Of a DNA stretch of 55,184 nucleotides, positions 11,297-25,110 are shown piece by piece (position 1 is the first letter of the stretch; every line of letters begins with the position of its first letter). Origin of the DNA: Toensbergia leucococca (lineage: Eukaryota); NCBI GenBank assembly GCA_022813965.1, contig JALDZS010000157.1, positions 1-55,184 of the forward strand, written 5' to 3'. The translations under genes and the position numbers were made by a program. The notes below the pieces were generated by a model that saw only the letters and a list, made by a program, of their open reading frames with translations, searched no databases and was not told the origin of the DNA.

Positions 11297-12733
11297 TCAA
11301 ATTTTCAACGCAGCTTCAATTACGCTCTCACCTCCTGGCGCCATCTGCCAAATTTTCACCACCTCTAACCCTGCCGAGTCGAGTAGATCTCGCCACTGCT
11401 TCTCCGACCGCTCCATGCCCGCATGCAACCCCATCATTTGCACATCCAACGATGCTGGAAATAAAGCCGTATTCATGTCTGCAAGCACGAATTCGCTGAC
11501 TAATAGTTTAGAAAATGATGGTTTCATGGCGGCGGCGGTGTGATTGAGGATTTGGCGGCATTGCTCGTTGGGCCAATCGTGAAAGATTGCGCGGAAATGG
11601 TAGGCGCGTGCGTCTAAGATAAGTATTAGCTTATCGGATCGTCTCATTGTCTTGAGAATTATCTTTGGGGTAAATAATCACGTTTGATGGGCTGGGGAGT
11701 AAAGAAGTTGTGGGCTCTAGCGGTGATGTTGGATTTTTCACCGAAGGTCACACCGGCTACGATATCGGGTAGGTCTTGCAGTATCAGTTTGCCTGGAAGA
11801 TGCGGATATCTGGCCTTCAGGTTGACGAGGTCGTGGCCGCGGTTTCCTCCAATGTCGATTAATAAAACCTCGTCTTGCTGCAAGTCCTCTGTCGTGGTGG
11901 TAGGCAGCTCTTGATCTACAGGGTAAATGTCGAACCAGCTTGGTCTACCTAGGCGACGAGTGGCCATGAATTTGCCAAAGATCGCAGAATGGACAGGGTT
12001 TTGTTCAAGATAGCTCCAGAATTCCGAGCCGAAGGCGTATGCGAATGGAGAGCTGGTAGATTCTTGAGGATTTTGATAGTCGTGAGTTTTCAGGTACTCG
12101 GGGAGCTTTGCAGCTGTGGGCATACATAAATCGATCCTAATTTTGACAGGGTCAGTGAGGGCATCCAAGGGAAAGGAAATCGTGGTTTGCAACCAGGTAC
12201 TGAAACTTGAACTGCCTTGAGGAACAGTCAAGATTTTGGTTTTATTGCTGGCTTTGTACTCTTCTATGTTCAGTTCGCTACAAAGACCTAGGGCTGTTAA
12301 GACCCTCATGATACGAGCTAACAAAGCACAGTCTCAGCCAAGTTTGTCATCATTCACGAAAGGATGGTTTGTACGGCTTCACTCACTAACCAAGACGGAA
12401 TCCGCACCGCACTTCATAGCCAGCTCATGGGCGCTTATCCCTTTTTCTCTCATTTCTATGAGGGCATCGAAGATTCCCAAGTCGAGAGCTATCTTGACCG
12501 AAGCATTCTGCCATGACTGCAGAATTGAATCAGACCAAGGAGACAAACATTCCAAATGGCCCAATTACCTGATGGCCAATTCTATAGATGGTTTCGAGAG
12601 GCGTCTCCGCTGCCAACAATAGACTGTTTATTTTTGCGAGTAGCTTTGCGTGGTTTCCACTGGAGGAAGCTGCGGCGAATGATTTGATCTCATCAATGAG
12701 AGGTATCAGGGGATTAGGTGGCAAAGACCCCAT
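11297..12733 (-). CDS. Class II SAM-dependent O-methyltransferase (COMT/OmtA-like, multi-exon)
   Basis: N-terminal dimerisation region (ALDLGIFDAL..AHELA..GAD..LARIMRVL), SAM motif LLIDIGGNRGHDL, LQDLPDIV, HNFFTPQP, catalytic IFHDWP, and MERSEKQWRDLLDSAGL. Confidence 0.95.
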
Positions 12734-13103
12734 TTCTAGAGGACGAAAGGCTTGCTTCTGGTGTAAAGAGTGGAGTAAACAGGAAACATAGCTATCCGGA
12801 CTGCTTCATTCCAAGGTAAGTCATGTTCACATGGAAATAAGTTGTCTACTCTCTTTTTCAAAACACATGTCCGAGCGTACTACCGTGCCATGGTATCGAG
12901 GATGAAGAAAACCAGGGGTACGGAAAGTCGTTGCCGGTTTCCAGCCTGATTTCCCCTGCAGCGACTTTTCACCACTGATGAAAGCAAAGTTTGGTGATGT
13001 AAGTGGAGCTTTGTGGCGTGAGTTATAATGGTAATCTTCCTCACCTTTCTATTACAGTACATTAGCTTCTGGTAATATACTATAATTCAACGCGACAATA
13101 ATA

Positions 13104-13743
13104 GGGAATTACTAATCCTACACCCCATTTTGATACATCTTCACCCCCCCTCCCAACTATTCTAGTGCCCGGGCGCAAGGTCACTGAGGGAGAAATCGCG
13201 ATTTCATGCCACATTTGCGCATGATTCTCTACCTCTATTGCGTACCATTTACTCTTCGATTCGCGTGTCATTTAAAACCAAAATTACCTAGTGAAAAAAG
13301 CATGCTTTTGTATCACATTCTGACTTGATTCCCTCACCCCCGGGCGCAAAAACATCACAATTTGTCATCCATGGTTTGTGACCGCAGATTGTGACCGCAT
13401 TTTGCGACCGTAGTGAGATGACTAGAGAGATAGATAGGCAGGAGGTGAGTAGATAAGATGAATGAGGTGAGAAATGGAGTCAGAATGAGGTGAGAAATGT
13501 AGTCAGAATGAGGTGGAAACCCGAGTCACAATTGAGGCGCAAAACCACATAGGGTCTTTAGACAACACTGCTACTGAATGGCATGTGGATTGAGAGGTAG
13601 ATAGCAAGCAAAAGTAGTGAGGGAGTCAGGTGCAAATGTGGTATGGAATCGTGATTTTTCCCTCAGTGATCTTGCGCCCGGGCACTTATTTGGGGGGGGG
13701 GGTGGTAGATGTATCAAAATGGGGTGTAGGATTAGTAACTCCC
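13104..13743. mobile_element. Non-autonomous DNA transposon (MITE), 640 bp, about 125-bp imperfect TIRs, 8-bp TSD CAATAATA
   Basis: The left end gggaattactaatcctacaccccattttgatacatct...cccgggcgcaaggtcactgaggg is the reverse complement of the right end ccctcagtgatcttgcgcccggg...agatgtatcaaaatggggtgtaggattagtaactccc. CAATAATA flanks it at 13096-13103 and 13744-13751. Confidence 0.95.
13460..13528 (+). repeat. 3 x 23-bp tandem repeat inside the MITE
   Basis: gaatgaggtgagaaatggagtca / gaatgaggtgagaaatgtagtca / gaatgaggtggaaacccgagtca. Confidence 0.9.
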
Positions 13744-14373
13744 CAATAATATTGACCTAGTTATCTGCCTCTACCAACAACACTTTCTCCTCACAGAGGA
13801 ATGCTTCACCTATCTTCATCGCAGCTGTATGCAGCTAAATGGCCACTGACTTTTCCAGAGGTCTGACCGCAGTTACTGCTTGGTCGAGTATCAGGACGAG
13901 ATCGGCAGCCACACTACAGTGACTGTCCGAGCAACGTCCCCTGCTTGAGCTGCTAGACTCTTGTTTACTGCCTTTGCCAAGTGAAGCAGACTTCACGTGC
14001 TCAATGTAAGGCATGGTGTCTCTCAGTTCTACGTTTCGTCAAGTATTTTACGGAGCGAGTAAAACAAATGTTGGCCAATGAATACTAAAGGTACTATCCT
14101 TAAGGGAAGATTACTACTGTTCGATGTTTCCTTATCGCGATGGTTTTCCCTTGCATATCCCAATCTGCTTTCGCGCTATTTCGGCCTCGTCTACAAATAG
14201 ACAGCTGTGCTTCGGTTCCAATAGATATTTCTCTCTCATTTGTTGAAAGACCTTCAGGTTAAAAAGCTATACAGTAAGCTTGAGAAGGTCTGAGCAGAGG
14301 TCGTGTGAACCGCATCCCTACTTTTGGAAGAGTAAATCCGTCTTATCATTTTGACCAGTTCAACCTAGTCGTC

Positions 14374-16919
14374 ATGAAGTTCACGAACGGTACAATTAAC
14401 AGTTCCGCAAATGGTGTCACGAAGCTCACCAGTGGTGGCGACTATCCGCCCCATCACAGTGAGCCCATTGATTCTACCCATTCATTGCTAGTCCATAAGA
14501 CATTTGAAAGATTGCAAAGCATTAAACGTAATGGATACGTCAAGATCAATGGGAAGAGCCTCGATATACCTTCCATTGTCGCTGTTTCCAGGTGTGCAGT
14601 ACATCTTCTTCTTGTCACATTCTATACAAAGAATGTACCCTAATTGTGAGGCCCTGGCAGATACGACATCCGTCCCATTCTTGACGAAAGTCCTGAATTT
14701 ATTAATCGTATTGAGGAGAGCGTGGATTTGCTTAATCGTATACTTGATGAAGGGAAGACCGTCTATGGTATAATCCCAGACTCGAATACGCCATGCATGG
14801 ACAATTTCACTAACTTTTTAAAGGCGTGAATACTGGATTCGGAGGGAGCGCTGATACCCGCTCCAACCAGAACGAAGCTCTCCAAGATGCTTTATTGCAG
14901 CATCATCAGTTTGGCGTTCTTACCACGTTAGACCGGGGATTGGCCCCAATTTCCAGTGATCTCGTCGCATCCCACGCCATGCCACCTCCTTGGGTAAAAG
15001 GCACTATGCTTGTAAGATGCAATTCTATAACGCGTGGTCACTCAGCAGTGTCTCTCCGTGTCATCGAAACCATTATTTCTTTGTTGCAGAACAACATTAC
15101 TCCCGTCATTCCATTGCGAGGTAGTATCTCAGCATCAGGTGACCTCTCGCCACTTTCATATGTTGCAGGGGCCATAACAGGCAACCCTGACATCTACGCT
15201 CACACCTCGTCGGGAATTGTCTCAGCACAGGAAGCGCTTCAGCAGATCAACATTGCTCCTATTGTGCTTGGACCAAAAGAAGGCTTAGGACTGATGAATG
15301 GGACTGCAGCATCAGCAGCTGTTGGGAGCCTTGCTCTATACGAGACTCATCAAATTGCTATTCTCTCACAGGTCCTCACCGCAATGACGGTAGAGGCACT
15401 TTTGGGAACGGCTGAAAATTATGACTCTTTCATCGCTGAGGTACGTCCACATCGCGGCCAAGTGGAGTCTGCGAGAAACATTCGACATTTCTTGCAAGGT
15501 TCCCGGCTTGCGCGAGGCTTAGGTCACGAGGGAGATACCAGACAATCCTCCGGTCTCCTCTATCAAGATCGCTATGCTTTACGAACAGCTTCGCAGTGGG
15601 TGGGCCCTCAGTTGGAAGATCTCTTGCTCGCGCACGAGCAGGTTACAACCGAGCTAAACTCGACAACCGATAACCCCCTTATCGACATTGCCGGCCAGAA
15701 GACCCATCATGGCGGCAATTTTCAAGCCGCGTCCGTCACGTCAGCAATGGAAAAGGCGAGGCTATCGCTTCAAATGGTGGGAAAAATGCTTTTTGCGCAA
15801 TGTTCGGAACTTATCAATCCTATGCTGAACAACGGTTTGCCCCCAAATCTTGCGGCAGACGAGCCGAGCTTGTCTTTCACGATGAAAGGTGTGGATATTG
15901 GGATGGCCTCGTACATGTCGGAGCTAGCATTCCTCGCAAACCCCGTTAGTAGCCACGTCCAGTCCGCCGAAATGCATAATCAGGCGATCAACTCTCTCGC
16001 CTTCATCTCGGCACGCTATACCTTTCAAGCGGTCGAGCTTTCCTCTCTCATGAGCGCCTCGCACCTCTACACCGTCTGTCAAGCCCTCGACCTCCGCGCG
16101 CTGCAAATCAATTTCTTCCAAGCGCTTGAACCCGCCTTATACGCTGTCAACCACCAAGTCTTTGGCCACTTCCTCTCGGACCTGGACTTTGACGAGCTTC
16201 ACCTGAGCCTCTGGGAGCACTTTCAGGTGACCTGGCTTCTAACCTCCAACAAAGACAGTCACGATCGCTATGCCCACATCATCAATTCTGCACTCAGTAT
16301 CCTTGCCCAATTCCTCCTCTCATCGTTCCGACATGCCGCCACCATTTCATCCTCGACTCCAGTTACCGGACTCGATGCCGTTTCCTCGTGGAAATCTACA
16401 GCTCTCGTTGTGCTTGCTGAGACATATACCACCACCCGCGCTCAGTTCTTCCAGCATCAAAATACCCCCGATTTTCTTGGGAGCGCATCACATAGGATGT
16501 ACATCTACGTACGCGAGACCCTTGGCGTACCACTTCATCAGGGCTTGATTGATCATCCGACGCCAGCGACTGTGTTTGCGGCGGACGGCTCAAGGAAGAA
16601 GACCATTGGATCGTGGGTTTCCGTCATCTATGAGGCACTCCGGAGCGGGCGCCTGCATGAGCCCCTGATGGAATGTCTTGTTCAGGTCGGGGCTACATCG
16701 ACATCGACATCGAAGATGAATGGGAATGGGACTACTGCAGAGACGAAGAAAGAAATTTCGAATGGTTGGGGAGACCTTGGAAATGGACACTCGGCGGAGG
16801 TGGAGGTGGCGGTTGTCGAAGCGAAACGGAGGCATTCTATTGCTTCGTTGGATGAATCCGATGCAGGTAAACGTAGGGGCAGTCTTGCTGTTGTGCATGG
16901 CTCGCTCATTGGCTTCTGA
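14374..16919 (+). CDS. pal: Phenylalanine/tyrosine ammonia-lyase (MIO-dependent aromatic amino acid lyase); introns 14592..14660 and 14768..14823
   Basis: Spliced VYGVNTGFGGSADTR, RCNSITRGHSAV, MIO-forming GSISASGDLSPLSY, PKEGLGLMNGT, QDRYALRT, NSTTDNP, HGGNFQ, NNGLPPNL, KGVDI, SAEMHNQAINSL. Confidence 0.97.
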
Positions 16920-19361
16920 CTGTCTATTTGAAAACATTTATGAAAGCGCGCGTCTTCTTATGTAGGACGTGTGCTTTGATATGTTCAGGTTCGCGGTCGA
17001 GAATAAGTTTAGAGAGCCTAGATGGATACACCTAGCGAGTGTGACTTCTAATTGCCTATCCCCAATGGCACTGGTGACTGCTACCTAGCTTTCATTTAAC
17101 CATTAAATTGGCCGGATATACCTATATTGACAACCTAGGAGCACCAAAACCCGCACTTGGGCTGTTACCGTTCAGCTTGCTATATAATCCATCGTTTCAC
17201 TCTGTAGTTTTATTGATTCTTATCTCTTTGTATCTTCATAGTAATGTACCGACTGAAAATATAAAGATCTGAAGTGAAGAGCAAAGTGCGGACTCAACTC
17301 CCAAATCAATAGCTTCCCAGTCTCATTCAAGGAGTCCGTATATCTTGAATATGCAGGAAATATTGAACGAGGACGTAGGCTTGATTGTGTCGTCGAATGT
17401 TCATTCTTTAATACTGCATTTGTAAATTTGTACTCACTGCAATACGGACTTGGAATTTTCGGTAATGTCCCAATATATAGAAACTTTTTAGGAGAGCTCA
17501 TATCCGATGATCACTGCTTCGTTCTCGATTTCAGCGGAGGATGAGTAGTGGCATTGCGTTACGAGGGTTGACAGAATTGGTCTTTTGCTCAAGCTAAGAG
17601 GCGGTAGTACCACAATTGAACCTTTCGTACCCCTTTCATACCACAACTCAGCTCAAGCCACAGTTGGCATTTCCACGCCATAACTGACTTCTTTGTTTCC
17701 ATAGCGACGTTGGATCAACATTGGGGAAATAACAGATACAAACATAACAAATCATCTTATGACTGATTTGTGTAACGATAGGAGGTTGCATGGTGTGTCA
17801 TAAGACCAAGGGGTTTTCAGAGGCTTCATCAGCGCTTTGAATTCTTTGCGGATAAGCATAAAAGCGAGGCCGCTTTTGGAAGAGAACAGATGAAAAGAAT
17901 GAAAGATGATATACATAAAGTGCTTGCTGTGAATGAGAAATACAGCCAGATGTCAACGCAAGAAAAAGTCGTAACTCGTAAATGCCTTGGCCATTAGCTA
18001 GTAGACTGAAATGTAGTGGGCACTTCCCGTCAACGATGAAAGTCGCGGAGACACAGATGAAAACTTTTTGGATGAAAGCAATTGAAACTACCTGTTAGCA
18101 TCGGCGATGAGATTCTGATGCTTACGGCGAGTCCCACAATCAAAGTACAATTGAACAACAACCTCTACGCTACTACTAGGTAGAAGATCATCCCTACCGT
18201 CACTGTGTCACATAGAGGTCACATTACAGTTTAAACACCATTCCTATTGCCTAAATGACGATCGAGTTGCGCGTGATAGCCAGACTTTTCACGAAATATT
18301 GTCGGTCAGTCGTTTTGATAATTTAATATACGTAAAAATGACGAGGATCATCGTCATTAATTAAATATGGTAGGTCCTCCAAGACTCGTGCACTGTACTG
18401 TGAGCATCTTAGGGCGACAAGATTGCGAGTGACCTTGTGCTAGCTTTTGAAAGCACTGATTGGTGCCGCAACTCGAGATGTGTGCCCGGAGCCTTCGCCT
18501 GGATGGAAACCTTTGCGATAGATGGCCGGTCTCAAATCGACGAGACTTGACCACTCCTTTTACGAGAACGTCTTCTCGGATATGGTTCCTAGTGACCGAC
18601 GGAGATGATGAATCCAGTATCATCAGTTGTTCTGTTGTGCAAGACGTCGAGTTCTGGATTTTTGTCGAGGAAAAGGCAGGTCGTCATACTTTACCCGAAC
18701 GGACCAGGATTCCCCGCAAGCCGCCAAGAGCTAGAATATTCTAGTTCTAGAATAGCTCTAGTGCTACGCTAGAGCTTTTCCAACCAGACGCACCGTCGGT
18801 CCCTTCGGCTTCTCTTCCTTCGACCTGCCCACCTCCCTATCCAGGTGTTTTAGCCAGTCCCGTCAGCCATATCTCAGCCGACACACAATTCATCTCGGTG
18901 CTAGGTTGTATCTGGCAGCTTGCATTGCATGACCCCTCCTTGCGGACCAAACTCCGTAGCAGAAGCCACTACCGAGTCCCTGCATCAGCCAATCTGCCAA
19001 CCACCATGACTCGCATCGATGCATGGCTAAACACCCTGCGTCATAACGGTCAGGAGAGACCTCTTCGTTCGACTTTACTATCGCATGCCATCTCGCTGGC
19101 GTCGGTGCTGTCATGATGATAACAGAACGCCAGGGGTGACCGTTTGCGTCTTCCCAAACTAGAGCCACTGAAATGCTAGTCTGTCTTTAAATATGTGTAC
19201 GAGAATCCCCAAATTCCCCAGAATTCTTCAATCTATCTACATCGCAATTCAACGTCTCATTGGCTGGTACAAGTTACGTGAATAGCCCTAAACTTCTTGA
19301 AACACTCATATATCACTCAATCACTTTCTTCCCAGCCATTCCTATCCCAAGAGAAATTGAG

Positions 19362-20800
<1,439 letters not shown>

Positions 20801-21519
20801 GCAATCTTTGCGAAGATGCGCCAATGACGACGTCGCGATTGCAATCATCACCGCCACACGGCCACTCGCTAAGATAGCCCGTCCCGATTTAGCGCGCTCC
20901 TTGGATTCGAGATTCTGCGCCACGATCTGCGTGCAACCACCGTCGCTTTAAGCTCTGCCCGTTTTAGCGTTCATGCTCGACTACGTACCTGTTCTCATGT
21001 GACCATCACATGACGAGCCCACCATACACCCTCTCTTGTTTATGTATTCTTTGTACCACCACCATCGCTTTCAAGATACTCAGCTTTAGCATGCGTGTCG
21101 ATTTTCGCATCCTGTCGCTGGCGAGGACAGCTACCCTCACGAATTTTACGCACGACACGACTTGTACATTTACTCTCACGCCCATCGTTGTCCTCTTTCT
21201 CCTTGCCCTTAGCAATCAACCAGAACTGCGTTTGCTTTTGCTGGTCTCTTTCTGTCTGTCTGTCGCTCTGTCTATCGCTTGAGATACCCCCTTTTTTATG
21301 GTACAAGGAGTGTTCTTTTGTATTCCTAGCAATTGTACAATTAGCGAGCGTCTTGTGAATAGCTAGAAGTTCTGCTAAATGGGCACAGAATGCGCAGGTC
21401 GTGCCATCAGTATTATCGCTATCCATGACTCGTGTTCGTCTCAAGGTTGATCTTTTCCCCTGCCTATCATGCAGCCTTTCCTCGCATTCACCCTTTCTCT
21501 CGTACTTCCCTCTTCTCAC

Positions 21520-22700
21520 TAGCACGTCCACAACTCCCAACACCACCCCTTCCCTACACACATACATACACACACATATAAACAGCCCATTGCCCCTCTT
21601 TCCTCACAATCCCCCACTTGCCCATCACCTCACCAACAAAAAAACCCCATCCACATAATCCCCCATCCCCAACCAAGGCTCCCCCCCCCATCAAAAAATT
21701 ATAAAGTACAAAAACCCCCCCCCTTCTCCCCTTCCTCCGAAACCACCCATCCCCAATCCCACCCGGCCAAAATCCACACGTATCCAAATCACCCGCGAGA
21801 GAGAACTTTAGACCGTGGAAGATGTTATTGAGAGGATTAGGTGGATGGGTTGTTTGAGAGGAAAGGGGTGGGAGCAGCAGGCAGGAAAACATACATGGTT
21901 CGCTTTCCTTTCCCAGCACAGCTGTTGGGCACGAGGCAGATGGATCAAGAAGGATGTTTTTTTCCCTAGAATCGCGGGGAGGTGATGGTGATATGTTTTA
22001 TCTCAAACTTTTCACTTTCCCAACTCCCGATTTCTTTGTGTGTTGAGGGTGAAACCCCCTTTCCCTTTGCCTTTCCCGATGGGTTTCTTTCCCCCAACCC
22101 CCACACCCCGGGGTAGAAAATCAAGGTTTTGAGATGTAACATGTGGATTGTCGATGTTATCTGTCTGCTCTTCTCTTTTTATTTGGGGTGTTGGCCGGGT
22201 GGTCAAGTGCATGCATCATCTCGCCCCGACCATTCCTCTTCTCATTCCCGGTACGAGTATTCTGCAGCCGCAGCCTCCCCTACCCCCCTCTCTCTCCCTC
22301 CACCTTTTTGCCCTTTTGTATAATCCCAGATATTGAGGGGGACGAGACTGGGATTTACTGTTTTTCATGTAGTTAGGGGGATCGTGTGATTAAGGTGCTT
22401 TTCAAAGGGGCTTTTCGAGGAGATTTTAGAGATACCTAGGGATGGAGTGGCTAGTTCAGGGACTTGTTTTGGGTATCGAGGTATTTTTAGGGCGTTGAGT
22501 GTATGGGTTGAGAGGGGGGATGAACGAGGAGCGGAGGAGGGAGAAAGGGGGTGGAGGGAATTGGAGTCTTAGTCTTGGAGATGTTTTGTGGGGAGGGGAG
22601 GTATGGGAGGGATGGGGGGCTTGGTATAGGATTGTAGAAGTGTGGAAGAATCGCGAGCGATTACGTCGATTCGCTTTTTAGAATGAAATTTGAGGGGGAC
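21520..22700. repeat. Low-complexity, strand-skewed region (C/A-rich, then G/T-rich tracts)
   Basis: Long C and A runs at about 21530-21790, pyrimidine tracts at about 22000-22320 and G-rich tracts at about 22370-22700; no coherent ORF. Confidence 0.7.
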
Positions 22701-22972
22701 TATTTACTATACAAACCTTTCTGCGCCGATTTTTTTGGTAGCAGAAGCAAGGGAACAGAAGTGAGGTCAAAGGAGAAATGAGATCTCACAATTAGGTTCG
22801 AAGTAAAGGATAAAACGCAACTTTACCGGCTCCACTCCGTAGGCGACCCTGATTCTGAATGTGTGGTGGACAGAAATCGAGGCTATGACAAAGGACCCAA
22901 AAGTGATTGTCATCTGAGAAGTCAGGAGTCCGAGACGAGCATACGTTGGAGGAGGAGATTCTTCTATGAAGT

Positions 22973-24817
22973 TCAGAGCCTGTACTATAACCACCACAGA
23001 AGTCAGCTTCACAATTTCAAGCCCCTTAAAAATTCAAAGTGATACCTTACCCTAAACTCTCTATTCTCCTGATCGGTCATATCCAAAAACTCCTGATTCA
23101 CCTTATGCTCCACCCCAACACCCTGCACATCCCTCCTCCGATTCTCCAACACATATATCCCACGCAACACAACCGTCAAACAAATTGCCACAACAGTCGT
23201 AACCACAATGGTAATTTTCGCTTGAATATAATTCGGCGCGTCTCCACTTCTAAAAGTTTCAGGCCCGATAATATTACCCAGACAGAAACTCATGAGTAGG
23301 ACGGCGTTCATGGTGACTTTTTTGGTGTGACCGGCGTAGTTTGCTGCGACCCAGCTGTAGAGGAGGGGCAGGCTTGCTCCGATGCAATTGGTGAGATAGT
23401 TTCCAATTAATTTGCCGGTTTTGGATGAGCCGGGGAGAAATGCCATTAGGGAGCCGCCGATTACGCCAGGGATTAGAAGCAGAATTATGAAGATTCCGCG
23501 TTGATTGTAGCGGCCGGCGAAGTAGGTAGCGCTGACGATGGAGACGATGGAGACGGCGCCAGAGGGGATTTGAAGGAGGGCGGTTTGTTCGGAATTGTAT
23601 CCGAATCTAATCGTTGCTTTCAGAAAATGATACTCAGACCGTAATTTGAGATTTGAGGCTTACCCCTTGATGATAGTAGCTTGGTAGCTGCTCACAGCTC
23701 CATTCGGCACATTCGAACTAATGGTAATAAGACTGAGCAGCCATGTTTGCGGGTCCTTGAAACATTCTAGAGCTTGTGAGGGCTTGAAATGCTTGTTCTC
23801 GATGCCTGTTTGATTCTCCCTAAGTCTTTCGATAGCCCAAATCTTCTCGTTATGTGTAAGCCGGGAGCTCATCGGGTTATCGGGTAGGAAGATGACTACG
23901 CAGATCCCAATAACAATAGTAATCAATCCCATCAGCAGGAACATAATCTGCCAGGAAGCAAATGTTTTGGATTTGTAATGTTGAAAGCCGAAAGAGGCAA
24001 GCGAACCGATGATAGTACCAGTGCCAGTACCGATATACCAAAAGCCTATTCGTGGCGGCTGCTCTAGGAGGAGTCAGCCTATCTCCTCTCAACGGACGCC
24101 CGTCAGCTTACCGTTCTTTTTGTACCACATTGACGTAATTAAGATCAGCCTTGAAGATGTGTCAATTGAAGATAAATTCGCGTGAACATGAGATGGCGTA
24201 CGCTGGAGCCACTGCAGACTCAAAACATCCCAAGAGTACTCTGACCGTGACCAGTGATCCAAAGTTCTTGCAAGCGCATACCATAGCAACACAAATGCCC
24301 CAGCAAATCACTACCCTCGTATCAGCCTCTAAGCCCCTTTTGATGTATCAGAGATGGTCACCATTCAGTCCAAGGTACTTTGCAGTTGGAAATCTTTGCA
24401 TGAGGTATCCTGTTGGCATCTCAAAGGCCAAATACGTTATGTAAAAAACTAGCGCGAGGAAGGAGAATTGATTAGTGTTGATATGTGCATCCTCGTAAAG
24501 TCCCATGACTGCGGCGTAGTTGACTAAAGCTTATAAGTAACCAATTTCCTTCAAACTGCATTGACATACTGAGAGTTTTGTCGAGATACTGTAGGTTGTA
24601 GCAGCACCACATGAGTCTGAGTAAACAGAGTAAGCTTTCTTGGATACTCAATTGATGCTGGTAATCTGCACGGTACAATCATCCAATCGATCTTTCTGAC
24701 CAGTTTCCTCTCGTCAATTGTCGTCATCAAGGTCGCGTCCTCATGATTGAGATACTCCAAGGCTGCATCGACCTGCACAGCATTTTCCATCTTTTCTTCA
24801 ACGGCTGGGTTGTCCAT
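22973..24817 (-). CDS. MFS transporter, allantoate permease (Dal5/ACS) family, multi-exon
   Basis: ERKLVRKIDWMIVP, LQYLDK, LITSMWYKK, FLPDNPMSSRLT, ENQTGIENKHFK, ANYAGHTKKVTMNAVLLMSFCLGNIIGP, EFLDMTDQENREFR|YRL* (last exon ends at TGA 22973-22975). Confidence 0.93.
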
Positions 24818-24884
24818 ATTGGCAGCGCGGTCGGATACTGAAGAAAGGTTGAGAGATAGACTTAATAGTTAAATTAAAAAGATA

Positions 24885-25110
24885 GGCTAGATAAGTGGAA
24901 GACCATAGGTTTTGAGTAGATCAAGTAGACACGCCAAAATTCTAATATTATATGTGAGCAGCATCCGGAATATATCATATTAAAGTCACTTATCATGGCC
25001 TTATCGTGTGCCAAGGAATAAGGCAATGTCATTTAAATCTCCAATGATGATAGTGGATAATGTCTGGGGTGCCTGTACGTTGGGTGACGTCTACGATAGA
25101 TGATCTTATC
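24885..25110. promoter_or_regulatory. Cluster of GATA elements upstream of the allantoate permease (putative AreA/Nit2 nitrogen regulation)
   Basis: AGATAAG at about 24889, CTTATC at 24989, 25000 and 25105, GATAAT at about 25057, within about 300 bp of the ATG of a nitrogen-scavenging permease. Confidence 0.55.

Noticed and set aside
13460..13528. 23-bp repeats as a CRISPR-like array
   Set aside because: Head-to-tail tandem units with no spacers, inside a eukaryotic MITE.
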